Shown in pieces: positions 48,751-56,911 of a DNA stretch of 64,000 bases. A program made the translations under genes and the position numbers. Below the pieces are notes generated by a model. The model searched no databases, was not told where the DNA came from, and saw only the letters and a list, made by a program, of their open reading frames with translations. The stretch is taken from positions 186,001 through 250,000 of IMG/VR virus record IMGVR_UViG_3300024308_000302. The stretch is one strand, 5' to 3'. How positions within the stretch are numbered: position 1 is the first letter of the stretch; the number at the start of each line of letters is the position of its first letter.

Positions 48751-49440
48751 TTAATTGGCATCAGGTGTAATAACCTTGCCTACATATCGTTTACCAGTTG
48801 AATAATCAGCATAAAGCTCAAATACAACATAGGTATCGTGGTCTTTCAAATTATCCAGAATAAAACTTTTATCATTATGGTTTGGAACAAGAGGCCCAAC
48901 CATTTCTTGAAGTGTTTCATTAGGCAAAATTGGAAGTAAATGGCTGTTAAAGTTATCTCTCTTAGTACATCCATAACCTTTATAGAGATTTTTACTATCA
49001 ATAATGAATGTATTTAGATCTTCATCTGCTTTAAATTTCAGATAAACAAACTTGTCTTTGATAAGTTGATCACCATCATATAGAAAGTTTGAAGCAAAAG
49101 ATTGAGCATCTACTTTTTTGCGGAAAGTATATTCATTAAAAAGATCAACAAGTGCTTGGCTATCAAATTCCGAAAATCCTCTTTGAACCAAATACTCTAT
49201 TTTTTTTGAAAAAGAAGTATGAAAGTCAAAAGTTTCAAAATAATTATAACAAAGATCAAGATGAATTCTAAAACGATCTTTAATAATAAAGTCACTAGCA
49301 AAACACAAAATGGTAGATTCTGGTGTAGGCGAATGAAGGAATGCAACAGCAATGCTGCTATCTTGTTTACCTAAAATAACATTCAGCTTGGTAAGGAATT
49401 CGTTTTGTTTTTCATGAACTTCTGAAATATTTAGGCTCAT
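48751..49440 (-). CDS. hypothetical protein
   Basis: GGAG RBS; 229 aa. Confidence 0.8.
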   Translation of the reverse strand: MSLNISEVHEKQNEFLTKLNVILGKQDSSIAVAFLHSPTPESTILCFASDFIIKDRFRIHLDLCYNYFETFDFHTSFSKKIEYLVQRGFSEFDSQALVDLFNEYTFRKKVDAQSFASNFLYDGDQLIKDKFVYLKFKADEDLNTFIIDSKNLYKGYGCTKRDNFNSHLLPILPNETLQEMVGPLVPNHNDKSFILDNLKDHDTYVVFELYADYSTGKRYVGKVITPDAN

Positions 49441-49516
49441 TTAAAAGCTCCATCAAAATGTGTGGTGTATTGAATGACATCAGAGATTATATCAAAAATG
49501 ATGGAAAGAATCAAAC

Positions 49517-49540
49517 AAAAAAAGAAGCATACGCCTCTTT
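49517..49540 (-). terminator. degenerate GAGGC-family terminator
   Basis: AAAAAAAGAAGC-ATAC-GCCTCTTT (G-U pair on the minus strand). Confidence 0.6.
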
Positions 49541-49634
49541 CTGATTGCTATATAATGTCATTTTAAGGTTTCATATTATTGATATTTTTCTTTTGTAAGC
49601 ATAGAAGACTAAGTAAATTTAAATAAATTTTAAA

Positions 49635-50096
49635 TTAAAGTACAAATAGTTGTTTAAATTCTTCTTTAGTTAGCGTTCCATCAATATAGGCTTGTGTTAC
49701 ATTATAATAAGATCCATTTTTATATTTTTCTAATATTCTTTTACCACCAATATATTTAACAACTGTACTTATGTATAATAGTTTTTCAGGTATTTCTTCT
49801 GGTTCCTGTATATGCTCTTTTTTATGTTCATTTATAAAATAATCATACCTTTTACTGCTTTCTTCATCATCATAAAAATGAGTATGAAGGTAAAATTCTT
49901 CAATATTGTCAAACAGTTTAATAGAATCTGGATTAGAATCATGAATAAATAAATAAACGCCACTTTTTTTACTGATAATACTATTACCTGAAAGATCTCG
50001 GGCTAAAACTTCAGAATTTCCATCAAGAAGAAATAACTCTGAGTTAAATTTTATATTATCCTGATTAATATTAATAGTAAAATACTTTGATTTCAA
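49635..50096 (-). CDS. SUKH/SMI1-KNR4-like immunity protein (tentative)
   Basis: TTG start with AGGAG RBS, 1 nt after the nuclease stop; LARDLSGNSII...GVYLFIHD...KLFDNIEEF matches the SUKH core pattern. Confidence 0.6.
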   Translation of the reverse strand: MKSKYFTININQDNIKFNSELFLLDGNSEVLARDLSGNSIISKKSGVYLFIHDSNPDSIKLFDNIEEFYLHTHFYDDEESSKRYDYFINEHKKEHIQEPEEIPEKLLYISTVVKYIGGKRILEKYKNGSYYNVTQAYIDGTLTKEEFKQLFVL

Positions 50097-50097
50097 T

Positions 50098-50614
50098 TTA
50101 ATTTACTCCTGAGTTTCTTAAAAATGAAGCTCCACCTTGATGACGTACACTATCATGTACAATTCTTTTAACTAAAGACATTGATTTTCCATCAGGCTCA
50201 TGATGAAAGATAAGGTCATTTTTATTTACAAAGTCTATATTATCAATCCCTGAATAAAGACTTTGTATAAAATCGATGAAGTTTATAAATTTCAGTAGCC
50301 CTTTCTTCTGTAATTGGAATAAGATTTAATAATTTAGACTTTTCTGAGTTATGTTCAAAAACATTATAAAACCAAGAACCAACAGCAGCAGTATAGGTAT
50401 TCCCCGGAGCACATGAAACTCTTTTAAATTTTGGAATTGGATTGCCAAAACCATCAACAGTAGTAACAGTTGAAATATAAAGAGCTGAATTATCTCCTTT
50501 ATCACTATCAATATAAAACTTTGAACCCAAATAAGGATTGTCTTTATACAATTTAATAACTTCAAGTAATACAAACAATAAAAATAGAGAGCAAATAATA
50601 AGAATAATATTCAT
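50098..50614 (-). pseudogene. frameshifted WHH-type HNH/EndoVII nuclease with an N-terminal membrane anchor
   Basis: The 50243..50614 frame has a TM helix and DGFGNPIPKF. The +1 frame, open 50325..50098, encodes LIFHHEPDGKSMSLVKRIVHDSVRHQGGAS (WHH-domain pattern). Confidence 0.78.
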
Positions 50615-50682
50615 ATAGAAATCCTATAATAAAAAACAATAAATAGCAGTCTATCATTATACTACTTATAAATTTCCTTCAC

Positions 50683-50711
50683 ATTATAACAAAAAATGGT
50701 AGATTTGTAAA
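50683..50711 (-). promoter_or_regulatory. sigma70-type promoter of the nuclease-immunity pair
   Basis: Minus strand TTTACA-17 nt-TATAAT with extended TG. Confidence 0.7.
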
Positions 50712-50887
50712 CAATTATAAAGAATATCACCTGTAAAATATTTGAAGGCAACTAGAAGCTTAGCCAAAGTAATAAAAAAGATGATTATATAAAGAACACT
50801 TTTGTTAAATGTAAAATTTTAATTTAACTTATTGATTGAATATAAAAAGTAGATATGATTAAATAATTAAAGACAAAGGTAAAAGAA

Positions 50888-51199
50888 ATGGAATATATAA
50901 ACGCTAACGGAATAAATAATAACTCAAATCAACCACAACCAGAAAATGAAGAAGTAGATAAATGTATTAAATATTTAAAAAATATAATAGAAAATGATGT
51001 ATATAACAAAACCACTAGCAGCTATGCTCTTAAACATTTAATAGACAAAGAAGAGACATATGTCTCAAATGGTGCATTTATAGAAGCATTGCGTATATTA
51101 AAAATGAGTTATGAAAGATGTTCTGAAGAGTCGCCAAATGTTTGGGTAAAATTTGATATAAAAGATTTAGAAAGAGCAATAAAAGAATACAAAAGTTGA
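50888..51199 (+). CDS. small hypothetical protein (SSYALKH...YVSNG motif)
   Basis: 103 aa; followed by a terminator; the motif recurs in phage proteins, function not assigned. Confidence 0.72.
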   Translation: MEYINANGINNNSNQPQPENEEVDKCIKYLKNIIENDVYNKTTSSYALKHLIDKEETYVSNGAFIEALRILKMSYERCSEESPNVWVKFDIKDLERAIKEYKS

Positions 51200-51200
51200 T

Positions 51201-51225
51201 AAAAAAGAGGCTTCGGCCTCTTTTT
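51201..51225. terminator. GAGGC-family terminator (exact 20-mer, plus orientation)
   Basis: AAAAAAGAGGC-TTCG-GCCTCTTTTT. Confidence 0.88.
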
Positions 51226-51316
51226 ATCATCACTCTACATTATTTTTTCTTCTTGCTACGCTCATCAAACTTCTCAAATGTAGCATTTGCATATATAGAA
51301 AGATAATTTAAAAAAA

Positions 51317-51898
51317 TTATGCAATTAGATCATATTTTAATTTATGATCATTGATTTTCTGTTTAAACATTTCAGTCATTTCATCTAATGTTAAAAGATG
51401 AAGATGTTCTTCTAGCTCATACCAACATCTAAAATCTTTTAAATAAGAGATAATCATTTCTTTATCACAAGGACCAAGAAGAATATAATAAATTTTATAC
51501 TTTTCACGACATGAAAACTTCTCAGTAATATACTCAGAATATTTTTTTAATTCTACTACAAGTCTACCAATAAGTTCTTCATTTGCTTTTTTAACATTCA
51601 CCGTTTTTTCTGAAATAGATTTAACTTCAATATTTAAATAATAATCCGCAAAATCGGCAATTTTAAATGCTTCTGACGACCTGAAATTACTTTCTCTCTT
51701 GTGTAACCGCACTTGGCTGTCTAAAACAAATGGAAATCTGTTGAAATATTCAGCTTTTACAGTCTCACCTTTTTTTAAAGCCATCTGATATAATTTTACT
51801 AATTTATCACGTTGATTAATAAAACAACCAATTTCTTTAAGCCTTTTTTCAACAATCTTCTCTGCTTTCTTTCCATTTATATACGAAACTTTAGACAT
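51317..51898 (-). CDS. PD-(D/E)XK restriction-like nuclease
   Basis: N-terminal GKKAE helix; IADF...LNIEVKS catalytic D...ExK pattern. Confidence 0.65.
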   Translation of the reverse strand: MSKVSYINGKKAEKIVEKRLKEIGCFINQRDKLVKLYQMALKKGETVKAEYFNRFPFVLDSQVRLHKRESNFRSSEAFKIADFADYYLNIEVKSISEKTVNVKKANEELIGRLVVELKKYSEYITEKFSCREKYKIYYILLGPCDKEMIISYLKDFRCWYELEEHLHLLTLDEMTEMFKQKINDHKLKYDLIA

Positions 51899-52067
51899 TA
51901 GAATATAAACCTTTATATCTTGAATTTGAAAGTATTATAGCATGAAGACTGTTTTCATGCTACTATTTTTTGTTGTTGGCTGAAATAAGATAGTCCATAG
52001 ATTTAGTATTGAGTTGATTTTTTTTATTTTGATAATAAAATTTTAATAATTAATAAAAGAATAAAAG

Positions 52068-53198
52068 ATGACAGAAATTAAGAATATAAGAATATTATTA
52101 GAATACTATTTTAATAATTTTAAAGATGAATACGCAATAGCTACTTCAGTATTAATGTATGTAGATACAAGTAGCGAATTTGCAATAAAAAAAGAAATTG
52201 AGAAAAGAGTTGATCTTTTTGACAATAAAGATATAGACATTAAAGATAAATGTGAAAAAGTTTTTAATATTTTAGAAGATATAAAAGAAAATATTGGATT
52301 AAATTTTGGTAAAAACGAACAAATATTATATAATGAAAATAAATTTACATCAAGCTTCAAATTGCTTTCTGATTTTTGCAAAGGTGCTTCAATAATAAAT
52401 TCTGCATATTCCAAGGAATATATAGATATGACAGGAAAAGGATATAAAAGAATGTTGTCACAATTATTGACAAAAATCAATAACAACTTAATTGAAGTCA
52501 TTATTGAAAAAAAGAATAATAATCTTGATAGTATAGTAAAATCAGAAACTGATTATATAAGTAATATGAAAAGTAATAAAACAAATAATGGCATAAAATT
52601 GCTTAATTATCATGCTTCAATAGAAAGGGATAGAAAAGAGTATATAGAAAATGAAATAAAAAAAATAAATAATGATAATAAAATAATTGGTGAAGCAATA
52701 GGTTGTTTTTTGTTAAACTATCATAAAACATACGAATTTGAAATAGATCATTATACCGAATTAATAAAACACTTAAGAAAAAATATAGAGCCAAAAGAAA
52801 GAACTGAATTTGAAGGTGTGATACAAGCATCAGATTATGCTATTAGCTATTGGGCTACTAATTTTGACAAAATAAAAAGTGAAGAACAAAAAATAAATGA
52901 TGAATTTGAAAGTTGGAATTTAAAAAGCTTTCTTAGCTCTGTAGTTGCAGGAAAATTATTGACACAGAAAAATATTGACGAATTAACTTTTATAAGTGAG
53001 TTAAGGTTTATTAACAACAATAACGGGCAAGAAATGAACAGTATTGAAGTTAAAAAAATATTTGATAAAGCAATGGAAGAAAAACAAAAAATTAAACAAA
53101 AAGTAAAAGTAAAGGAACCAGAAATACTAAAAGAAATAGAAAAAAAAGAAGAAAAAATAGGTTTTATAAAAAGAGGCATAAATTGGTTTTATAAATAA
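52068..53198 (+). CDS. helical hypothetical protein with an amphipathic C-terminal tail
   Basis: 376 aa, very A-rich; ends KIGFIKRGINWFYK. Confidence 0.78.
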   Translation: MTEIKNIRILLEYYFNNFKDEYAIATSVLMYVDTSSEFAIKKEIEKRVDLFDNKDIDIKDKCEKVFNILEDIKENIGLNFGKNEQILYNENKFTSSFKLLSDFCKGASIINSAYSKEYIDMTGKGYKRMLSQLLTKINNNLIEVIIEKKNNNLDSIVKSETDYISNMKSNKTNNGIKLLNYHASIERDRKEYIENEIKKINNDNKIIGEAIGCFLLNYHKTYEFEIDHYTELIKHLRKNIEPKERTEFEGVIQASDYAISYWATNFDKIKSEEQKINDEFESWNLKSFLSSVVAGKLLTQKNIDELTFISELRFINNNNGQEMNSIEVKKIFDKAMEEKQKIKQKVKVKEPEILKEIEKKEEKIGFIKRGINWFYK

Positions 53199-53200
53199 AG

Positions 53201-53357
53201 AAGAGGCAGAAGCCTCTTATGTTTTTGGCAGTTTCTCCGAATATTCACGCTTCTTCTAAGAAGTGGTGACACCCAAATAACCGTCCAAGGTTACATCATT
53301 TTTTGTGCTTGTTGCGACTGTCAAACTTACCAAAGCATGGAAGCCCGAAATCCTTTC
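53201..53357. repeat. direct repeat copy 1 (terminator + hairpin + last about 20 codons of the RNA ligase gene)
   Basis: Matches 56022..56177 except two substitutions and a 1-nt insertion. Confidence 0.95.
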
Positions 53358-53628
53358 ATATGTAGAAAGATCATGTAAAGTTTTATTTATCATACTCATT
53401 AAAATATTGAATTTACTTACTGTACAGAATATCTTAAAACTAAGATGTATCTGATATACAACATATTTTTATAAATATATTTTTGAAATTAATTAATGAA
53501 GATTATAATTATAAAAAAAGGAAAATAAAATCAATGAAATGCACTATTGATTTTCAAAAAAATAAAAAGTATCATAGTAAAAACACTAATTTTTTTTAGA
53601 TAAGTATAGAAATAATTAAGGAGATATT

Positions 53629-53817
53629 ATGACAACTAAAGCAGAAATATATAACGAAAAAGATGAGTTAATAAATACTTTTGAAGGTGTTAATTTAATT
53701 CCAATAAAAGATGGAAGTTCAATATTCGCAAATAGTTCATCGCAAAGACCAGTATTATATTATAATTTAAAACCGGGCCATTATATTAAGAATATATTAA
53801 CATCAATAACTAAATAA
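53629..53817 (+). CDS. small hypothetical protein
   Basis: AAGGAG RBS; 62 aa; followed by a terminator. Confidence 0.75.
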   Translation: MTTKAEIYNEKDELINTFEGVNLIPIKDGSSIFANSSSQRPVLYYNLKPGHYIKNILTSITK

Positions 53818-53835
53818 ACAAGATAAAAATAGAAT

Positions 53836-53863
53836 AAAAAAGAGGCTACTGCCTCTTTTTTTT
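53836..53863. terminator. GAGGC-family bidirectional terminator
   Basis: AAAAAAGAGGC-TACT-GCCTCTTTTTTTT. Confidence 0.85.
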
Positions 53864-53962
53864 ACCATCATACTATATCAATTTTTCTTCTTATAACGTT
53901 CATAAAAATTGAAGAATGAAGCAAAACTAAAATCTTTAAATATGTCAAAAGTAATTAAACTT

Positions 53963-55600
53963 TTAAATAACATCAATAACAAGATTAATTGCAAAAGAAT
54001 TATTAAGAAGATCTGATTTTAAGTCAGGATAACCAGCATAAATATTATTTGTTATAGCCACTCTAATTGGTTCATATAAATTATCTTCTAAATATGTTTT
54101 TAAATTATCATCTTGTATCGAATCTATGATTTCGTCAAATAAATCATTAAAATCTTCTAAGCAATAATTTAAGATCTCGCTTTTACTAATAGTTGAAAGA
54201 AAAGGAATATTGAAATTTTTCAAATTTAAAGAATTTCCACCTTTGGACAAATAAATATAAACACAATTTTTAAAAGAATAAAATAATTTATAGTATAAAA
54301 TATAATTGACTAATTTTTTTCGATAAACAGCTTTCATTTTATTACTGATAACTTTTCTTTTGGCTGCTTTATATTTATTAGTAGAGAAAAAGAGTTCCAA
54401 GAAACTTGGGTTATCTTTCAAAGAATCAGAATAGGCATTAAATAAATCATAAATAATATCTATGTTATTTATTTTTTTGAGCATATTTTTAGGACAATAA
54501 TATATGCCAATTTTATTTGACGACAAAGAATCGCAATTATTGTTGATATTTTTAAGATGCCATTTTTTGTTTTGTTTTTTTAATTCATTAAAATAAGTAT
54601 TTTTTGCTTTAATTTCTTTATTTTTTTCTTTCATTGTTTTTAAAATGGTGCTCTCTTTATATATTGGTGGATTACACAGTATACAAACGTTATTTCTGGC
54701 ATATGATTTTCTTATGCCTTTTATTGAACAATTAACACAATTAATAGTTTTTAACTTTAAAAATTTTCTACAAATGTAACAAGAAAAAGAATCTGATGAT
54801 CTTGATAATTTTATCAGGGTTTTATAATCATGATAATGCTCTCCAAAAAAATTAACACAATTTGGACATTTAACTTTATCGATTACAACAGGTATTCTGA
54901 AAATAACATCATTATATGAAGAATGATTAAAAAGAATAATAAAGTGTTTTAAATCATCATAAAGAAAATAAGTAGGCAATTTATTTATGCTTAAATGTTT
55001 ATTTATTGTATACAAAGGCATTAAAGAAACAGCAGCTACAAAATAATTAGAACGTGCCAAATTGGTAAGATTATTAATCATATCTTTCCTAAAATATAAA
55101 AAATAATCTATTAAAAATTGTTTTTTCTTACTCAAAACAAAATAACAAACAATATAGTCATTTAAAATTTTATTTAAATCATTTTTAATATTTTCTACAT
55201 TGAAAAGGTATGAAGTGTGGCTGTCAGCATTTCGCTTTGAATTAATATCATAAAATAACAAATTGAAATCATTATAATTAATTGGATTTTTTTCGAAAAA
55301 ATCATTACCATGTAGACTCTTAACAATATCAATTAGAATCGATGCATTTACTGATCTTATGGTATTACCTGTTTCAGAAGAGATATTAGCGTTTACATCT
55401 TTTTCAACAACTAAGCCTCGTAATGTGAGTTCACAATAATCATGTAAAGATGAATAAAGCTCTGTATAAAATAAATTAATATTACGCTTCCCAATATAAC
55501 CAGAATCTATAAATGCTGAAATATTGAAAAAATTCTCAAAGAAAATGGCATTAGCTTTATTATAGAAAAGATCTGGATCTGAATTAAACATTTTACTCAT
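53963..55600 (-). CDS. HEPN-like RNase domain plus multi-CxxC zinc-finger protein (start refined to MSKMF)
   Basis: AGGAGG RBS; DYCELTLR helix and KRNADSH (RxxxxH, 55217..55237); CPNC, CYIC, CVNC, CILC. Confidence 0.65.
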   Translation of the reverse strand: MSKMFNSDPDLFYNKANAIFFENFFNISAFIDSGYIGKRNINLFYTELYSSLHDYCELTLRGLVVEKDVNANISSETGNTIRSVNASILIDIVKSLHGNDFFEKNPINYNDFNLLFYDINSKRNADSHTSYLFNVENIKNDLNKILNDYIVCYFVLSKKKQFLIDYFLYFRKDMINNLTNLARSNYFVAAVSLMPLYTINKHLSINKLPTYFLYDDLKHFIILFNHSSYNDVIFRIPVVIDKVKCPNCVNFFGEHYHDYKTLIKLSRSSDSFSCYICRKFLKLKTINCVNCSIKGIRKSYARNNVCILCNPPIYKESTILKTMKEKNKEIKAKNTYFNELKKQNKKWHLKNINNNCDSLSSNKIGIYYCPKNMLKKINNIDIIYDLFNAYSDSLKDNPSFLELFFSTNKYKAAKRKVISNKMKAVYRKKLVNYILYYKLFYSFKNCVYIYLSKGGNSLNLKNFNIPFLSTISKSEILNYCLEDFNDLFDEIIDSIQDDNLKTYLEDNLYEPIRVAITNNIYAGYPDLKSDLLNNSFAINLVIDVI

Positions 55601-56021
55601 AAAACCTCCTAAATTAAAATTTATATCCAATATTACATAATATATCATAAATAAAGTAGTCTTTAAAAAAATAGAGTCTTTTTGAACTATGAAAATAGGT
55701 AATAAAAATAAAACCAACTATTTTTATATCTTTATATCATATAAATTAATAAAAAATATACAAAAAAGACATATAACGTGTAATATATTATAAATAAAGT
55801 AAATTGTTAATACAAATATATTATTGAAAAATGAAAATATTTTTTACGTTTTTTATAAATCTAAACGAAGATTTATAAAGTTAATTTATATATAATAATG
55901 CTTATTTTATAAGCTTATTTCTTAAGTTTTTGAACAAATACATATAAAACAGCAATTTTAGAACATTTTTTATCAATATATGTAAAAATAAAAACGTGAA
56001 GTTTTTTTAATAGAAATAAAA

Positions 56022-56177
56022 AAGAGGCCGAAGCCTCTTATGTTTTTGGCAGTTTCTCCGAATATTCACGCTTCTTCTAAGAAGTGGTGACACCCAAATA
56101 ACCGTCCAAGGTACATCATTTTTTGTTCTTGTTGCGACTGTCAAACTTACCAAAGCATGGAAGCCCGAAATCCTTTC
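56022..56177. repeat. direct repeat copy 2
   Basis: Native 3' end, 3' UTR and GAGGC terminator (56018..56039) of the ligase gene. Confidence 0.95.
56046..56109 (-). ncRNA. candidate structured 3' UTR: 64-nt rod-like hairpin (second copy 53225..53288)
   Basis: UUGG-A-CGGUU/AACUG-CCAA closes UUUGGGUG/UAUUCGGA, UCAC/GUGA and CUUCU-UAGA-AGAAG; the G-U pairs form only on the sense strand. Confidence 0.4.
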
Positions 56178-56769
56178 TCCTTAATTTAGCATAACGCCCA
56201 TCAGGATGGTGGAAAACAAGTCCTTCTTCGTTTTCAAACTTGTCTTCGAAAAGTTTTTTCAAACCTTCAAAAGAGAAGTCAGTCACTTCAAACGCAACAC
56301 TACCATGTTCCCAGAGTTCGTGGCGAGTAAGGTTGTAGGGGTTGCCATTAACCTTTGGGCCAACAAGTTCGTAGGTTTTGCCATCCTTCAACTCTCCAGA
56401 ATTTGCAAGAGCCTCAAGGTGAAACTTGTCCTCTGGACCTTCACCAACAGGAACCCAGTGTGGGAAATGCAGGCTATGAGCAGCAGGCTTAGCTTCACAA
56501 GGAATAGCACCTGCTGGAACCTCATTGAACATATGGTCTTCTGGTACAAACTTATCGCCCAATTTACGAGCCAATTTCGAGAAATTCGATTTCAGCTTGC
56601 GGTCAAAGCGTTTAAACAGTTTGCCATCCTTGAAGTAGGCAGACGAACCATCAAACTTGATAGTAGCCTTGCCTTCACCACGAACAACCCATTCCGCACC
56701 CGGAGTAACAACATCGGTAGCAAGATCAGTATTACGGTCAATCACGAACAGAGTTTTGATTTTTTTCAT
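56116..56769 (-). CDS. ATP-dependent RNA ligase, RLIG1 (C12orf29)/DUF5565-like
   Basis: Motif I KFDGS, RFDRK, HFPHWVPV, motif III ELVGPKVNGNPY, motif IV EGLVFH, motif V YAKLRRKDFGL; AGGAG RBS. Confidence 0.82.
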   Translation of the reverse strand: MKKIKTLFVIDRNTDLATDVVTPGAEWVVRGEGKATIKFDGSSAYFKDGKLFKRFDRKLKSNFSKLARKLGDKFVPEDHMFNEVPAGAIPCEAKPAAHSLHFPHWVPVGEGPEDKFHLEALANSGELKDGKTYELVGPKVNGNPYNLTRHELWEHGSVAFEVTDFSFEGLKKLFEDKFENEEGLVFHHPDGRYAKLRRKDFGLPCFGKFDSRNKNKK

Positions 56770-56849
56770 GTTAAATCTCCTAAATAGATTAAAGTAGTTT
56801 TCGAATCCAACCGCCTCTATTTAAGGGTTTCCCCTCTGTTTGTGAAGCT

Positions 56850-56878
56850 AGTATAGCAAAACACGACCTATTGTGCAA
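56850..56878 (-). promoter_or_regulatory. sigma70-type promoter of the RNA ligase gene
   Basis: TTGCAC-17 nt-TATACT with extended TG; implies a leader of about 75 nt. Confidence 0.68.
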
Positions 56879-56911
56879 GATTTTTTTTAACCAATGATAT
56901 CGAAATTACTA

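Noticed and set aside
49750-50490. Shared hexapeptide LYISTV in the nuclease and its putative immunity protein
   Set aside because: Different codons, no extension of similarity on either side, and plausible by chance.
53256-53399. 47-codon chimeric ORF (MSMINKTLHD...GVTTS) running from the insert junction into repeat copy 1
   Set aside because: No RBS, out of frame with the ligase remnant, and most simply a by-product of the junction plus the 1-nt insertion.
55601-56017. About 400-bp extremely AT-rich gap as a possible replication origin
   Set aside because: No iterons or DnaA-box cluster seen and no rep gene. It lies inside the repeat-flanked insert and is explained as the upstream region of the HEPN gene.
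56039-56118. Possible stop-codon reassignment: the ligase frame continues past TGA as CTLDGYLGVTTS*KKREYSEKLPKT*
   Set aside because: It needs read-through of both TGA and TAG. TGA is a true stop elsewhere (ATGA couplings at 25023 and 46086; M(-4) spacing preserved at TGA-ending genes 27329, 30699, 56912), and long genes show no internal stops.
56800-56819. tRNA-like T-loop TTCGAATCC followed by AACCGCCTCTA on the plus strand
   Set aside because: The 5' T-stem (TAGTT) cannot pair with CCAAC, and there is no D-arm, anticodon arm, 5' acceptor strand or CCA. Not called as a tRNA or att site.
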